The notes under the pieces: model-generated
Seen by the model: only the letters and a program-made list of their open reading frames with translations
Database searches by the model: none
Told to the model about the DNA's origin: nothing
Source of the DNA: an uncultured Verrucomicrobiota bacterium
GTDB taxonomy: Bacteria; Verrucomicrobiota; Verrucomicrobiia; Limisphaerales; JAEYXS01
Reading direction: 5' to 3'
DNA length: 64,000 bases
NCBI GenBank assembly: GCA_964589735.1
Contig: CAZPUL010000002.1
Coordinates: 8,176 to 72,175, forward strand
Made by a program: the position numbers and the translations under genes
Shown here: piece by piece, positions 37,393 to 45,543 of the stretch
How the letters are laid out: each line of letters starts with the position of its first letter
How positions within the stretch are numbered: position 1 is the first letter of the stretch

Positions 37393-38820
37393 TCAGGGTT
37401 TGGGTGGAAGGTCGGCTGGGTCGATGCGGGGCCAAGGGAGATCGAGATTGCCGTTTGGGAAGCGGAGGACACTGAGGATGGAGGGGTCGCCGCCGTTGTC
37501 TTTGCCGTCGAAGCCGGAGGACCAGAGGGTGAAGGTGGCGTCCGGGTTGAGGCGGTAGCGCATGGGGCGGCCATCCATGGGGTCTTGGGGGAGTTTGGTG
37601 AGATAGTCGGGAATGAGTTGGGTCAAGGTGTCGGGGTAGTGATTAAGTTTGAGGCGGTAGCGTTCGAGGGCGAGGACGGTGATGGCTTGCTGGCGGCGGG
37701 TTTCGGCGTAGGCGAGATCATAGGCGGAAGAGTTGTCTAGACGATAGTGAAACAAGTAGGTCACGCCAAAACGCCGCTTGTTCCACCAAAGCTGGTCTGC
37801 TTCAAAAAACTCGTCGCTAGCTTTATCCAGTTGGGAACAAGCGTTGGCCCAAGCAGGTGAGTTCGCTTGCTCACGAAAAACTTCTAGCTGGAACTGCATC
37901 GGCCTAAGACTGCTTAATGCGTCATTATCTATATCAAAGTTACGCCAATAGATGGTGCGCAGCTCTTTGGAGGCTTGAGGTTGGAAGTATCTGTTGAGAA
38001 AAGCCTGAGGATCTTGGCGGATGCTGGAGAACAAAGCCAGTCTTTGAGCGCGTACAATGATCATGGATTGGACATAATTCGTAACCAATGAAATGGCCGA
38101 CAAACTGGCTTGGATTTCTGCGAGTTGTTGCTCTTCCCAGAAATGCAGGTGCAGGCAGTAGTTGAGGTCTTCCAGCAGCAGTTTAGTGATCTCTATGCGA
38201 GTTGATTGACTGGAAGTGTCCCATTCCTCTCGATGGAGTTGGGCGAGGTTCAGCAAGGTGGTGAGATTGGTAAAGGACAGGGACGGATCGCGGGCGTAAG
38301 CGCTGACAATCAACGCGTGGTGAAGGTGACGTGCGATGCCTCTACGCAATTGTGTGTGGGCAACCTTGTAGTTCTCAATATCCCGGTAGTCGCCGCCTTT
38401 TTCCTTGGGCGGGTCTTTGAGAAGTTGGTGGAGGTACAGGAAATCATTCTGCAAGCTGCTGACTTGGGCAATGGCATTGGTCCAGTTGGGCTGGTTGGTG
38501 ATACCAGTGGGGTCCTCCCATTGGAGGTGTTGGTAGCCTCGTTCGGTGTGTTCGAATTTAAACCAGCCGATCTGAAGGGGGAGGCCGTTGGTAATCTTTT
38601 GCTGCGCGGCCAGCAGAGGGGCGTCGCCATCGGGTTCGTGGCCGGTGCGCTTGGGGGCGATCTTATCGAGGTCGAGGATTTCGCCTTGGGCGATGAGTTG
38701 GGCTTTGTAGCGGTCGAGTTTGGAGGGAGCGAAGTAAGCCCAGCAGAAGAGGGCGAGCAGGATAATGGTAGAAAGCAGGATGAGCCGGCGGCGCTTTTGC
38801 TTTGGGGCGACGGGGCTCAT
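37393..38820 (-). CDS. Membrane-anchored hypothetical protein with pseudopilin (GspG)-like C-terminal motif
   Basis: N-terminal KRRR plus a TM helix. The C-terminal segment LPQDPMDGRPMRYR....TFTLWSSGFDGKDNGGD is pseudopilin-like. The central third is visibly AT-richer than the window. Confidence 0.7.
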   Translation of the reverse strand: MSPVAPKQKRRRLILLSTIILLALFCWAYFAPSKLDRYKAQLIAQGEILDLDKIAPKRTGHEPDGDAPLLAAQQKITNGLPLQIGWFKFEHTERGYQHLQWEDPTGITNQPNWTNAIAQVSSLQNDFLYLHQLLKDPPKEKGGDYRDIENYKVAHTQLRRGIARHLHHALIVSAYARDPSLSFTNLTTLLNLAQLHREEWDTSSQSTRIEITKLLLEDLNYCLHLHFWEEQQLAEIQASLSAISLVTNYVQSMIIVRAQRLALFSSIRQDPQAFLNRYFQPQASKELRTIYWRNFDIDNDALSSLRPMQFQLEVFREQANSPAWANACSQLDKASDEFFEADQLWWNKRRFGVTYLFHYRLDNSSAYDLAYAETRRQQAITVLALERYRLKLNHYPDTLTQLIPDYLTKLPQDPMDGRPMRYRLNPDATFTLWSSGFDGKDNGGDPSILSVLRFPNGNLDLPWPRIDPADLPPKP

Positions 38821-38881
38821 TGTGTTGAGGGAATGTAGAGGGGAAATGATGAAGGACCAACACTTAATGATGACTTAAGGG

Positions 38882-38960
38882 CAACATCGAACATCGAACA
38901 TCGAACTCTGAAAATCGAGAAATAGGAGGTTGGAGCCTCGTTGCCTCGGCTGCTACGTTG
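38882..38960. repeat. Repeat family R2 (AACATCGAAC units followed by GAGCCTCGTTGCCTCGGCTG), copy 1
   Basis: A second copy lies at 45386-45462 with the same order of sub-motifs. Confidence 0.7.
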
Positions 38961-39090
38961 TATGCGAGGGGAATTGAACAGGAGATAACGGAGGGAACGG
39001 AGGAGTTTTTTACAGAAGGGCGCGAAGAGACGCGAAGGGGAAACGGATTGATAGCCAATCGACAATAGCCAATAGCCGAGGGGATTTTAT

Positions 39091-39120
39091 CGCAGAGAAC
39101 TCAGAGAGCGCAGAGAGGGG
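39091..39120. repeat. Repeat family R1 (CACGGAG/CGCAGAG heptad-like units), representative copy
   Basis: CGCAGAGAACTCAGAGAGCGCAGAGAGG. Related runs lie at 33461-33515, 35897-35924, 37236-37310, 38984-39035 and 46168-46196. Confidence 0.6.
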
Positions 39121-39137
39121 GATTTGAACCGGGAAGA

Positions 39138-39385
39138 ACGCCAACCTAACGAAAGGGGGGAGGAGGTGACGCTCCTCAACTGAAGCCGGGGTGAAAATTT
39201 CGCCATGGGGCGCGAATTATTTTTAGGAGATTTTGCCTGTGAGAGGGTGGTTTTGATTTAAGCTGCTCATTTTCAATTGGTTATGCGATTGAAAATAATT
39301 TTGAGAAAAAGGGACCTAGGACAGCGGATGTCCTACCCCCTTCGGTAAATTATGAATTATGAAGGATGAGTTATGAAGAAAATGG
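39138..39385 (+). repeat. AT-rich conserved upstream module U, copy 1 (upstream of M16 peptidase)
   Basis: It shares boxes with 48581-48817: GCCGGGGTGAAA, CGCGAATTATTTTTAGGAGA, TAGGACAGCGGATGTCCTA and ATGAARGATGA. Confidence 0.7.
39317..39335. promoter_or_regulatory. Perfect palindrome TAGGACA-N5-TGTCCTA (candidate operator or hairpin)
   Basis: An identical 19-mer lies at 48759-48777. Both sit exactly 132 nt after the GCCGGGGTGAAA box. Confidence 0.45.
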
Positions 39386-39388
39386 TGA

Positions 39389-39418
39389 AGCTCAAAGTTC
39401 AAAACTCAAAGTTCAAAC
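39389..39418. repeat. Repeat family R3 (CTCAAAGTTCAAA units), representative copy
   Basis: Related runs lie at 47986-48025, 58746-58785 and 59461-59508. Confidence 0.6.
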
Positions 39419-39578
39419 AGCGAGTCTTGAGAGATGGGAGTTGGGTTAGTGGCGGAGGTGTCCGCCGGAGGCAAGGAGGCAGGCAAGCCCCGACCTGCTG
39501 GCACGGGGTCCATGCCAGCAGCACATTGGTTTGCTTTCTGGCGGTTGAGGGGCAATTCTAACGGGATAATTTGTGAGC

Positions 39579-42179
39579 ATGATTACGACTGAAGCGGGAA
39601 AGACGAATGGGGCGGGTGGAGCAGCGGCGGCGACGATTCCGGCGATGCCGCCGGGGGTGGAGCTGACGACTTTGCCGAACGGGCTGACGATCATTGTGCG
39701 GGAGGATCACAGCGCGCCGGTGGTGTCTGCTCAAGCATGGGCGAAGACGGGGAGCATCCATGAGGGGCGCTGGATGGGCGCGGGGCTTTCGCATGTGCTG
39801 GAGCATATGCTTTTCAAGGGCACGACATCGCGCACGGGCAGCCGGATCGATCAGGAGGTGCAGGAGGCGGGCGGTTACATGAACGCCTACACGTCGTTTG
39901 ATCGCACGGTGTATTGGATCAATGTGCCGAACACGGGCGGCAAGGTGGCCATCGATATCTTGTGCGATATCATGCAGAACGCGTCGCTGCCGCCGGATGA
40001 CTTGGCGAAGGAACTCGACGTGATCCGGCGCGAGATGGATATGGGGCAGGATGATCCGGGACGGCGGTCGGGTCGCAGACTGTTCGAGACGGCTTACACG
40101 AAGAGTCCGTACCGCTACCCCATCATCGGGTATCTCGACATTTTCAATGAGTTGAAGCCGGAGGATATCCGCGGCTATTACCACGAGCGGTACGCGCCGA
40201 ACAATGTGTTCTACGTGGTCGTCGGTGATGTGAACGCGGCGGAGGTGGTGGAGCAGATCAAGACGGCTTGGGAGAATTCCAAGGCGCGGCCGTTGGCGGA
40301 CTTCGTGTTGCCGGTGGAGCCGCGGCAGATCGCGGAACGCATCATCACGGAAGAGGCGACGGTGGAGCTGGTGCATTCGCACATGAGCTGGCATATCCCG
40401 GACTTGCGGCATGTGGATGTGCCTTTGCTGGATGTGCTGGGCACGGTGCTGGGAGCGGGGCGCAGTTCGCGGTTGTATCGTGAAGTGCGGCAGAAGCAGG
40501 CGGTGGTGAACCATGTGGATGCGTGGACGTATAGTCCGGGTGCGCCGGGGCTCTTCGGCATGAGCATCGTATGCGAGGGCGAGAAGCTGGAGAGGGCGCG
40601 CGCGGCAGTGCTGGAACAGCTTGAGCTGGTGAAGGAAAAGGGGATCACGGAAGCGGAGTTCGCGAAGGCGGTGAAGCAATTCACGGCGGCGACGCTGGCG
40701 ACGCGCAAGACGATGCAAGGACAGGCGCAGGACTTGGGTGGAAACTGGCTGGCGGCGAATGATCTGAATTTTTCAGAGCGTTATCTCGAGGCGGTGCGCA
40801 AGGCGACGCCGGCGGATCTCCAACGCGTGGCGAAGCAGTATCTCACGACGGAAAGCCGTACGATTTACTCGCTGGTGCCTACGGGTTTCGCACCGAAGGC
40901 GAGCAAGGCGGCGCAAGCCATCCAGACGGGTGCGATCCAGAAATTTGAGCTGTCGAACGGGATGAAGCTGCTGGTGAAGGAGGATCATCGGCTGCCGTTC
41001 GTGGAGTTTCGCGCGGTGTTCCAAGGTGGCGTGTTGGCGGAGACGGAGGAGAACAATGGCGTGACGCAATTGCTCGCGCGGATGCTCCTGCAAGGTACGC
41101 AGAAGCGGAACTCGGAGCAGATCGCGGAGGAGATCGAGTCCGTGGGCGGAAGCATTGATGCGTATGGCGGGAACAACAGCTTCGGCATCTCGGTGGAGAC
41201 GTTGAGCAGTGATTTCGATCTGGGCATGGAGGTGATGACGGATGTGATGTTGCATCCGGCTTTCCCGGCGGATGCGCTGGCGCGTGAGCGCGAGATGCAA
41301 CTGGCGGCGATCCGGTCGCGGCGCGACCAGCTCTTGCAGAGCTGCAGTTCGCTGATGCGGCGGACGTTGTTCGGCCCGAGCGGTTATGGCTTTGATGGCA
41401 CGGGCACGGAGGAGAGTGTGGCGCGATTGGATGAGGCGGCGTTGCGGAGCTTTTATCAGAAGGTCATCGCGCCGACGAATTGTGTGCTGGCGATCTATGG
41501 TGATGTGAAGGCCCCGGCGGTGCTGGCTGCGGTGGAGAAGATGCTGGGTGGTTGGAAGGATGCGACCACGGGACATTCGTTGGTGAATGCGCAGCCGAAG
41601 CCAGAGGCGAAGGAGTTGCGACATGTGTTCGAAGCGCGGGATAAGAAGCAGGCGGTGGTGGTGATCGGATTCCCGGGCACGACCTTGCGCGCGGATGACC
41701 GGTATGCGATCGAGCTGCTGGCGGAGGCGTGCAGTGATCTGGGGTCGAGATTGTTCATCCGCATCCGCGATCAACTGGGGCTGGCTTACTATGTAGGCGC
41801 GCAGAGTTTCCCGGGATTGGTGCCGGGCGGGTTCTGGTTCTACGTGGGTACGGCTCCGGAGAAGGTTCAGCTCGTGGAGGAAGAATTGCTGAAGGAAGCG
41901 GCCTTGCTGGTGAAGGACGGGCTGACGCCGGAAGAGCTGAAACGCGCGAAGGCGAAGATCATCGGGCAGAAGAAGATCGGGCGGCAGGAGCTGGGCGGTT
42001 ACGCACAGGCGACGGCGCTGGATGAGCTTTACGGACTGGGCTTCGCAAACAACGAGACGGAAGACCTGCATTACGAGGCGGTCACGGTGGAAGAAGTGAA
42101 GGCGGTGGCGGCGAAGTACTTGCGGCCGGAACAGGCGGTCGTTGCGGTTGTAGGACCGGAAGGGGATATCGCCGGGTGA
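39579..42179 (+). CDS. Tandem M16 (pitrilysin/insulinase) family zinc peptidase
   Basis: The inverted zinc motif HVLEH lies in GLSHVLEHMLFKGT. Two M16 active/inactive half pairs are present (868 aa). ATG 39579 or GTG 39573. Confidence 0.9.
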   Translation: MITTEAGKTNGAGGAAAATIPAMPPGVELTTLPNGLTIIVREDHSAPVVSAQAWAKTGSIHEGRWMGAGLSHVLEHMLFKGTTSRTGSRIDQEVQEAGGYMNAYTSFDRTVYWINVPNTGGKVAIDILCDIMQNASLPPDDLAKELDVIRREMDMGQDDPGRRSGRRLFETAYTKSPYRYPIIGYLDIFNELKPEDIRGYYHERYAPNNVFYVVVGDVNAAEVVEQIKTAWENSKARPLADFVLPVEPRQIAERIITEEATVELVHSHMSWHIPDLRHVDVPLLDVLGTVLGAGRSSRLYREVRQKQAVVNHVDAWTYSPGAPGLFGMSIVCEGEKLERARAAVLEQLELVKEKGITEAEFAKAVKQFTAATLATRKTMQGQAQDLGGNWLAANDLNFSERYLEAVRKATPADLQRVAKQYLTTESRTIYSLVPTGFAPKASKAAQAIQTGAIQKFELSNGMKLLVKEDHRLPFVEFRAVFQGGVLAETEENNGVTQLLARMLLQGTQKRNSEQIAEEIESVGGSIDAYGGNNSFGISVETLSSDFDLGMEVMTDVMLHPAFPADALAREREMQLAAIRSRRDQLLQSCSSLMRRTLFGPSGYGFDGTGTEESVARLDEAALRSFYQKVIAPTNCVLAIYGDVKAPAVLAAVEKMLGGWKDATTGHSLVNAQPKPEAKELRHVFEARDKKQAVVVIGFPGTTLRADDRYAIELLAEACSDLGSRLFIRIRDQLGLAYYVGAQSFPGLVPGGFWFYVGTAPEKVQLVEEELLKEAALLVKDGLTPEELKRAKAKIIGQKKIGRQELGGYAQATALDELYGLGFANNETEDLHYEAVTVEEVKAVAAKYLRPEQAVVAVVGPEGDIAG

Positions 42180-42235
42180 AAAATGTTTTCCCAAAAAGGG
42201 TCTTGATGCCGTTGGGTTCGTTCTGCTTAATCACG

Positions 42236-42333
42236 CGCGTCAGGGCCCATGGAATGCGGACTTACGAACCCCGCCAGGGCCGGAAGGCAGCAACGGTAGT
42301 TTGCTCTACATCTGCCGTGGTGTCCCTGACACT
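42236..42333 (+). ncRNA. ffs: Signal recognition particle RNA (small, 4.5S type)
   Basis: The helix 8 core CCAGGGCC-GGAA-GGCAGCAAC matches the bacterial consensus CAGGNCCGGAAGGNAGCA. The closing helix pairs GTCAGGGCCCATGG with CCGTGGTGTCCCTGAC. It lies directly upstream of dnaX, a common synteny. Ends are approximate. Confidence 0.65.
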
Positions 42334-42342
42334 TCCCCAAAA

Positions 42343-42410
42343 GCGTGATTCGTTAAAAGGCGTTAAATGGTTAAAACGTTTTAACGATTCAACCGTTTCA
42401 CGATTTAACC
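42343..42410. repeat. Repeat family R7, copy 3
   Basis: GCGTGATTCGTTAAAAGGCGTTAAATGGTTAAAACGTTTTAACGATTCAACCGTTTCACGATTTAACC. Confidence 0.6.
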
Positions 42411-42468
42411 TCCCTTGTGAAAAACTTGGGCTCGTAATCCTTTCAGCGTAAACCATACTTTTCCCGTC

Positions 42469-44328
42469 ATGTCATATCAGGTCATAGCCCGGAAGTATCG
42501 TCCGCAAAAGTTTGAGGATGTGGTGGGGCAGGAGCATGTCTCGCAGACGCTGGCGAATGCCATCAAGGCGGGGCGCATCGCGCACGCGTATCTCTTCTGC
42601 GGTCCGCGCGGCACGGGCAAGACGACGATGGCGCGCATCTTCGCGAAGGCGCTGAATTGCACGGGCGGGCCGAAGGCGGATTTCGATGTGGCAGACCCGA
42701 AGTGTGTGGAGATCGCGGATGGGCGTTCGCTGGACGTGATCGAGATCGACGGTGCGAGCAACAACGGCGTGGAACAGGTGCGCGAGCTGCGCGATACGTG
42801 CCGCTTCGCCCCGGCTTCGAGCAAGTTCAAGATCTACATCATCGACGAGGTGCACATGCTCTCGACAGCGGCGTTCAACGCGTTGCTGAAGACGCTGGAA
42901 GAGCCGCCCGCGCATGTGAAGTTCCTTTTCGCCACGACGGACCCGGAGAAGGTTCTCCCGACGATCCTTTCGCGCTGCCAACGCTTTGACCTGCGGCGCA
43001 TACCGGCGAATCTCATCGTGAAACAGCTCGCGTTCATCGCGAAGGAAGAGGGTGTGGAGATCGATGACGGCGCGCTCTTCGCCATCGCGCGCGCGGCGGA
43101 TGGCGGGATGCGGGATGCGGAATCCACGCTGGACCAGCTCATCAGTTTTTGCGGGAACAAGATCGAGGAGGGCGACGTGCTCTCGATGTTCGGGCTCACG
43201 GCGCGGAGCCAGTTGCTGGCGCTCTCACAAGGGGTGCTCGCGGGTGAAGTGGATGGGGCGTTGCGCGAGCTAAATACGCTGGCGAAGAGCGGCAAAGACT
43301 TGGGACGTTTGCTAAGCGATTTGCTGAGCCATATCCGCAACTTGATGATTTTCCAAGTGTCATCGGGCGATCTTTCGTTGCTGGAAGTTTCCGAGGCGGA
43401 GGCGTCGATGCTGAAGGAGCAGTCCGGGCTGGTGAATGTGGACGCGCTCAGCCGCATCCTGGAAGTGCTGACGGATTGCGAGGGGCGGTTGCGCGAGGCG
43501 GTGTCGAAGAAGATTTTGATCGAGGTGGCGTTGCTGCGGGCCATCCAGGCGCGCAATGCGGTGAGCATTGATTCGGTGTTGAAGACCTTGGGGCAATTGC
43601 GCGGCAGTGGTGGTGGTAGCGCACCGGCGGCATCTGCTCCCGCGCCAGCCGTGGAACCGAAGGCGGCTCCGGCGCCGGCTGCGCGTCCGGCATTCACTTC
43701 CTTGAGAGAAGCGGCGGCTACGGTGCTCGCCGCACCGCCAGCGGCAACTCCGGCACCAGCACTGAAAGTGGAAGCGCCGAAACCCGTAGCGGTTCCGGCC
43801 CCGGCGCTCATGCCGATACCGGAAGAGGACAAGCCCGCACCTGTGGCGGCGGCTCCGGCAAAGGACCTTGGTCCGCTTTGGGAGCAGGTGGTGGAGGCGG
43901 TCTCGCGCGTCAGTCCGTTCACGCGGTCGTATCTGCTGGAGGCGCATCCGGTGTCCTTCGCGAACGGCGTGTTCATCATCGGGTATGATCCGGAGTTCTC
44001 GCATCATCTGAGTCTGGTGGACAACTCGAAGAACCACGCGTTGCTCCAGACCAAGTTCAAGGAACTGGGCCAGGGCGAAGTGCGCGTGAAGTTCATCGAA
44101 TCCGTGGAGCCGGAAGGCTGGCAACGGCGCACGGCCACGGTGCTTAATACGCCGGAACCGGCGAAAGCAGCGGCCACGGGCAATGGCGGTGCGGCCGCCG
44201 CGAAGTCCGACGAGAAGAAACCGAAGACCTCGGTGGAGCCGGTGCGGATTGAAGATTTCAAGAACGATCCCTTGATCAAGAAAGCCCTCGAGATCTTTAA
44301 GGGACAGATCGTGGATGTGAGGGCATAA
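42469..44328 (+). CDS. dnaX: DNA polymerase III subunit gamma/tau
   Basis: The N-terminal segment YRPQKFEDVVGQEHV matches. Walker A GPRGTGKTT is present. The IIDEVHMLS and SRCQRFDLRRI motifs match. An Ala/Pro-rich linker is present. Confidence 0.95.
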   Translation: MSYQVIARKYRPQKFEDVVGQEHVSQTLANAIKAGRIAHAYLFCGPRGTGKTTMARIFAKALNCTGGPKADFDVADPKCVEIADGRSLDVIEIDGASNNGVEQVRELRDTCRFAPASSKFKIYIIDEVHMLSTAAFNALLKTLEEPPAHVKFLFATTDPEKVLPTILSRCQRFDLRRIPANLIVKQLAFIAKEEGVEIDDGALFAIARAADGGMRDAESTLDQLISFCGNKIEEGDVLSMFGLTARSQLLALSQGVLAGEVDGALRELNTLAKSGKDLGRLLSDLLSHIRNLMIFQVSSGDLSLLEVSEAEASMLKEQSGLVNVDALSRILEVLTDCEGRLREAVSKKILIEVALLRAIQARNAVSIDSVLKTLGQLRGSGGGSAPAASAPAPAVEPKAAPAPAARPAFTSLREAAATVLAAPPAATPAPALKVEAPKPVAVPAPALMPIPEEDKPAPVAAAPAKDLGPLWEQVVEAVSRVSPFTRSYLLEAHPVSFANGVFIIGYDPEFSHHLSLVDNSKNHALLQTKFKELGQGEVRVKFIESVEPEGWQRRTATVLNTPEPAKAAATGNGGAAAAKSDEKKPKTSVEPVRIEDFKNDPLIKKALEIFKGQIVDVRA

Positions 44329-44347
44329 TCATTTAACCCAATTTATT

Positions 44348-44659
44348 ATGTCGAGCATTGGCAAACTCATGAAACAGGCTGCGCGCATGCAGCAGCAGAT
44401 GGAACAAACCCAGGCGGCGCTCGCGGCCCGGACGGTCGAAGCCACGAGTGGTGGCGGTGCCGTGAAGGTGACGGCGCGGTGCGATGGCACGATCGCGGCG
44501 ATCAAGATCGACCCGCAGGCGTGCAATCCGGCGGATGCGCAATTGCTGGAAGACCTCGTGCTGACGGCGGCGAACAATGCACTGAACCAGGCGAAGGAGA
44601 TCTCCAACGCCGAGATGGGGAAGATCACGCAGGGGATGAGCCTGCCGGGGATGTTCTAG
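44348..44659 (+). CDS. ybaB: YbaB/EbfC family nucleoid-associated protein
   Basis: 103 aa. The motifs LMKQAARMQQQMEQ and GGGAVKVT..G match. The gene sits between dnaX and recR, the conserved position. Confidence 0.9.
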   Translation: MSSIGKLMKQAARMQQQMEQTQAALAARTVEATSGGGAVKVTARCDGTIAAIKIDPQACNPADAQLLEDLVLTAANNALNQAKEISNAEMGKITQGMSLPGMF

Positions 44660-44725
44660 AGATCATAGGGCAGAATTGGTCTCATACATTTAGTGAATGC
44701 TGTTTTACTTAGGTAAGATTCCTTT

Positions 44726-44762
44726 CCCCTCACCCCGACCCTCTCCCTTGGGGAGAGGGAGT
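44726..44762. repeat. Repeat family R4, copy 3
   Basis: CTCACCCCGACCCTCTCCC-ttgg-GGAGAGGGAG. Confidence 0.65.
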
Positions 44763-44780
44763 TAACATTTGCCGCTCCTT

Positions 44781-45380
44781 ATGGCTTCATTGCCGCCACC
44801 GCTGAATGAGCTGATCGCGTCGCTGAGCAAGCTGCCGGGCATCGGGCCGCGTTCGGCAGAGCGGCTGGCGCTGCATCTGGTGCAGGCTGATGTGGATGGT
44901 GTGAAACGGCTGGCGCAGGCACTGGTGCAGGCGCGGGAACGGGTGCAGAGCTGCAAGGTGTGCGGGGCGTTGACGGAGGAACAACCGTGCAACATCTGTT
45001 CCGATGACCGGCGCGATGGTTCGATCATTTGTGTGGTGGAGCGGGCGGTGGATATCTTGCCGTTCGAGAAATCGGGCGTGTTCAAGGGCAAGTATCATGT
45101 GCTGGGCGGGCGCATCTCGCCGTTGAACGGCGTGGGACCGGAAGATTTGCGGATCGCGGAACTGGAAGAGCGTGCTGGGGCGGAGGCGATCAAGGAAGTA
45201 ATCCTCGCGCTGGGCACGGATGTGGAAGGGGATGCGACGGGGAACTATCTCTCGAAACGGCTCGCGGCGAAGGGCGTGAAGGTGTCGAGGCTGGCGCAGG
45301 GCTTGCCGGTGGGGAGCGGGTTGGAATTTGCGGATGAACTGACGTTGTCGCGGGCGATGGAGGGGAGGCGAGAAGTATAA
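44781..45380 (+). CDS. recR: Recombination protein RecR
   Basis: LPGIGPRSAERLALHL is the helix-hairpin-helix motif. C..C....E...C.IC is the zinc finger. The Toprim region is present. Confidence 0.95.
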   Translation: MASLPPPLNELIASLSKLPGIGPRSAERLALHLVQADVDGVKRLAQALVQARERVQSCKVCGALTEEQPCNICSDDRRDGSIICVVERAVDILPFEKSGVFKGKYHVLGGRISPLNGVGPEDLRIAELEERAGAEAIKEVILALGTDVEGDATGNYLSKRLAAKGVKVSRLAQGLPVGSGLEFADELTLSRAMEGRREV

Positions 45381-45385
45381 GGGAA

Positions 45386-45462
45386 ACGTCCAACATCGAA
45401 CTTCCAACGTCCAACATCGAAAGAGGAAAGTTAGAGCCTCGTGCCTCGGCTGGAAAAGGGCG
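45386..45462. repeat. Repeat family R2, copy 2
   Basis: ACGTCCAACATCGAACTTCCAACGTCCAACATCGAA...GAGCCTCGTGCCTCGGCTGG. Confidence 0.7.
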
Positions 45463-45543
45463 GCGCGCTGAGGACAGCGACGCCCTACCATCAATAAAAT
45501 TTCGAGGACGACGACGAGAACGAGGACGATTACGAATTGAACC

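Noticed and set aside
38882-38915. Short tandem units (AACATCGAAC and others) were considered as a possible CRISPR array.
   Set aside because: The units are 6-10 bp with no spacers of defined length and no cas genes, so they are simple-sequence members of dispersed repeat families.
39558-42194. Minus-strand ORFs of 386 aa and 473 aa opposite the M16 peptidase.
   Set aside because: Both are shadow ORFs. Their products are dominated by R, H, L, P and Q runs, whereas the plus strand carries HxxEH and full M16 architecture.
42176-42451. A 91-aa ORF between the M16 peptidase and dnaX.
   Set aside because: The region is better explained by the SRP RNA plus an R7 repeat copy.
42469-44328. dnaX was checked for a programmed ribosomal frameshift or slippery site.
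   Set aside because: I saw no A-AAA-AAG heptamer or long A-run in the gene, so nothing supports a gamma-specific frameshift here.
45467-45489. GCTGAGGACAGCGACGCCCTACC (and 36018-36039, GCTGAGGACAGCCAGCCCTACC) were considered as further copies of the TAGGACA-N5-TGTCCTA palindrome.
   Set aside because: They share the GGACAGC core but are not palindromic and lack the flanking module-U boxes. They probably belong to a different short repeat family. They do caution that the palindrome may have a repeat origin.
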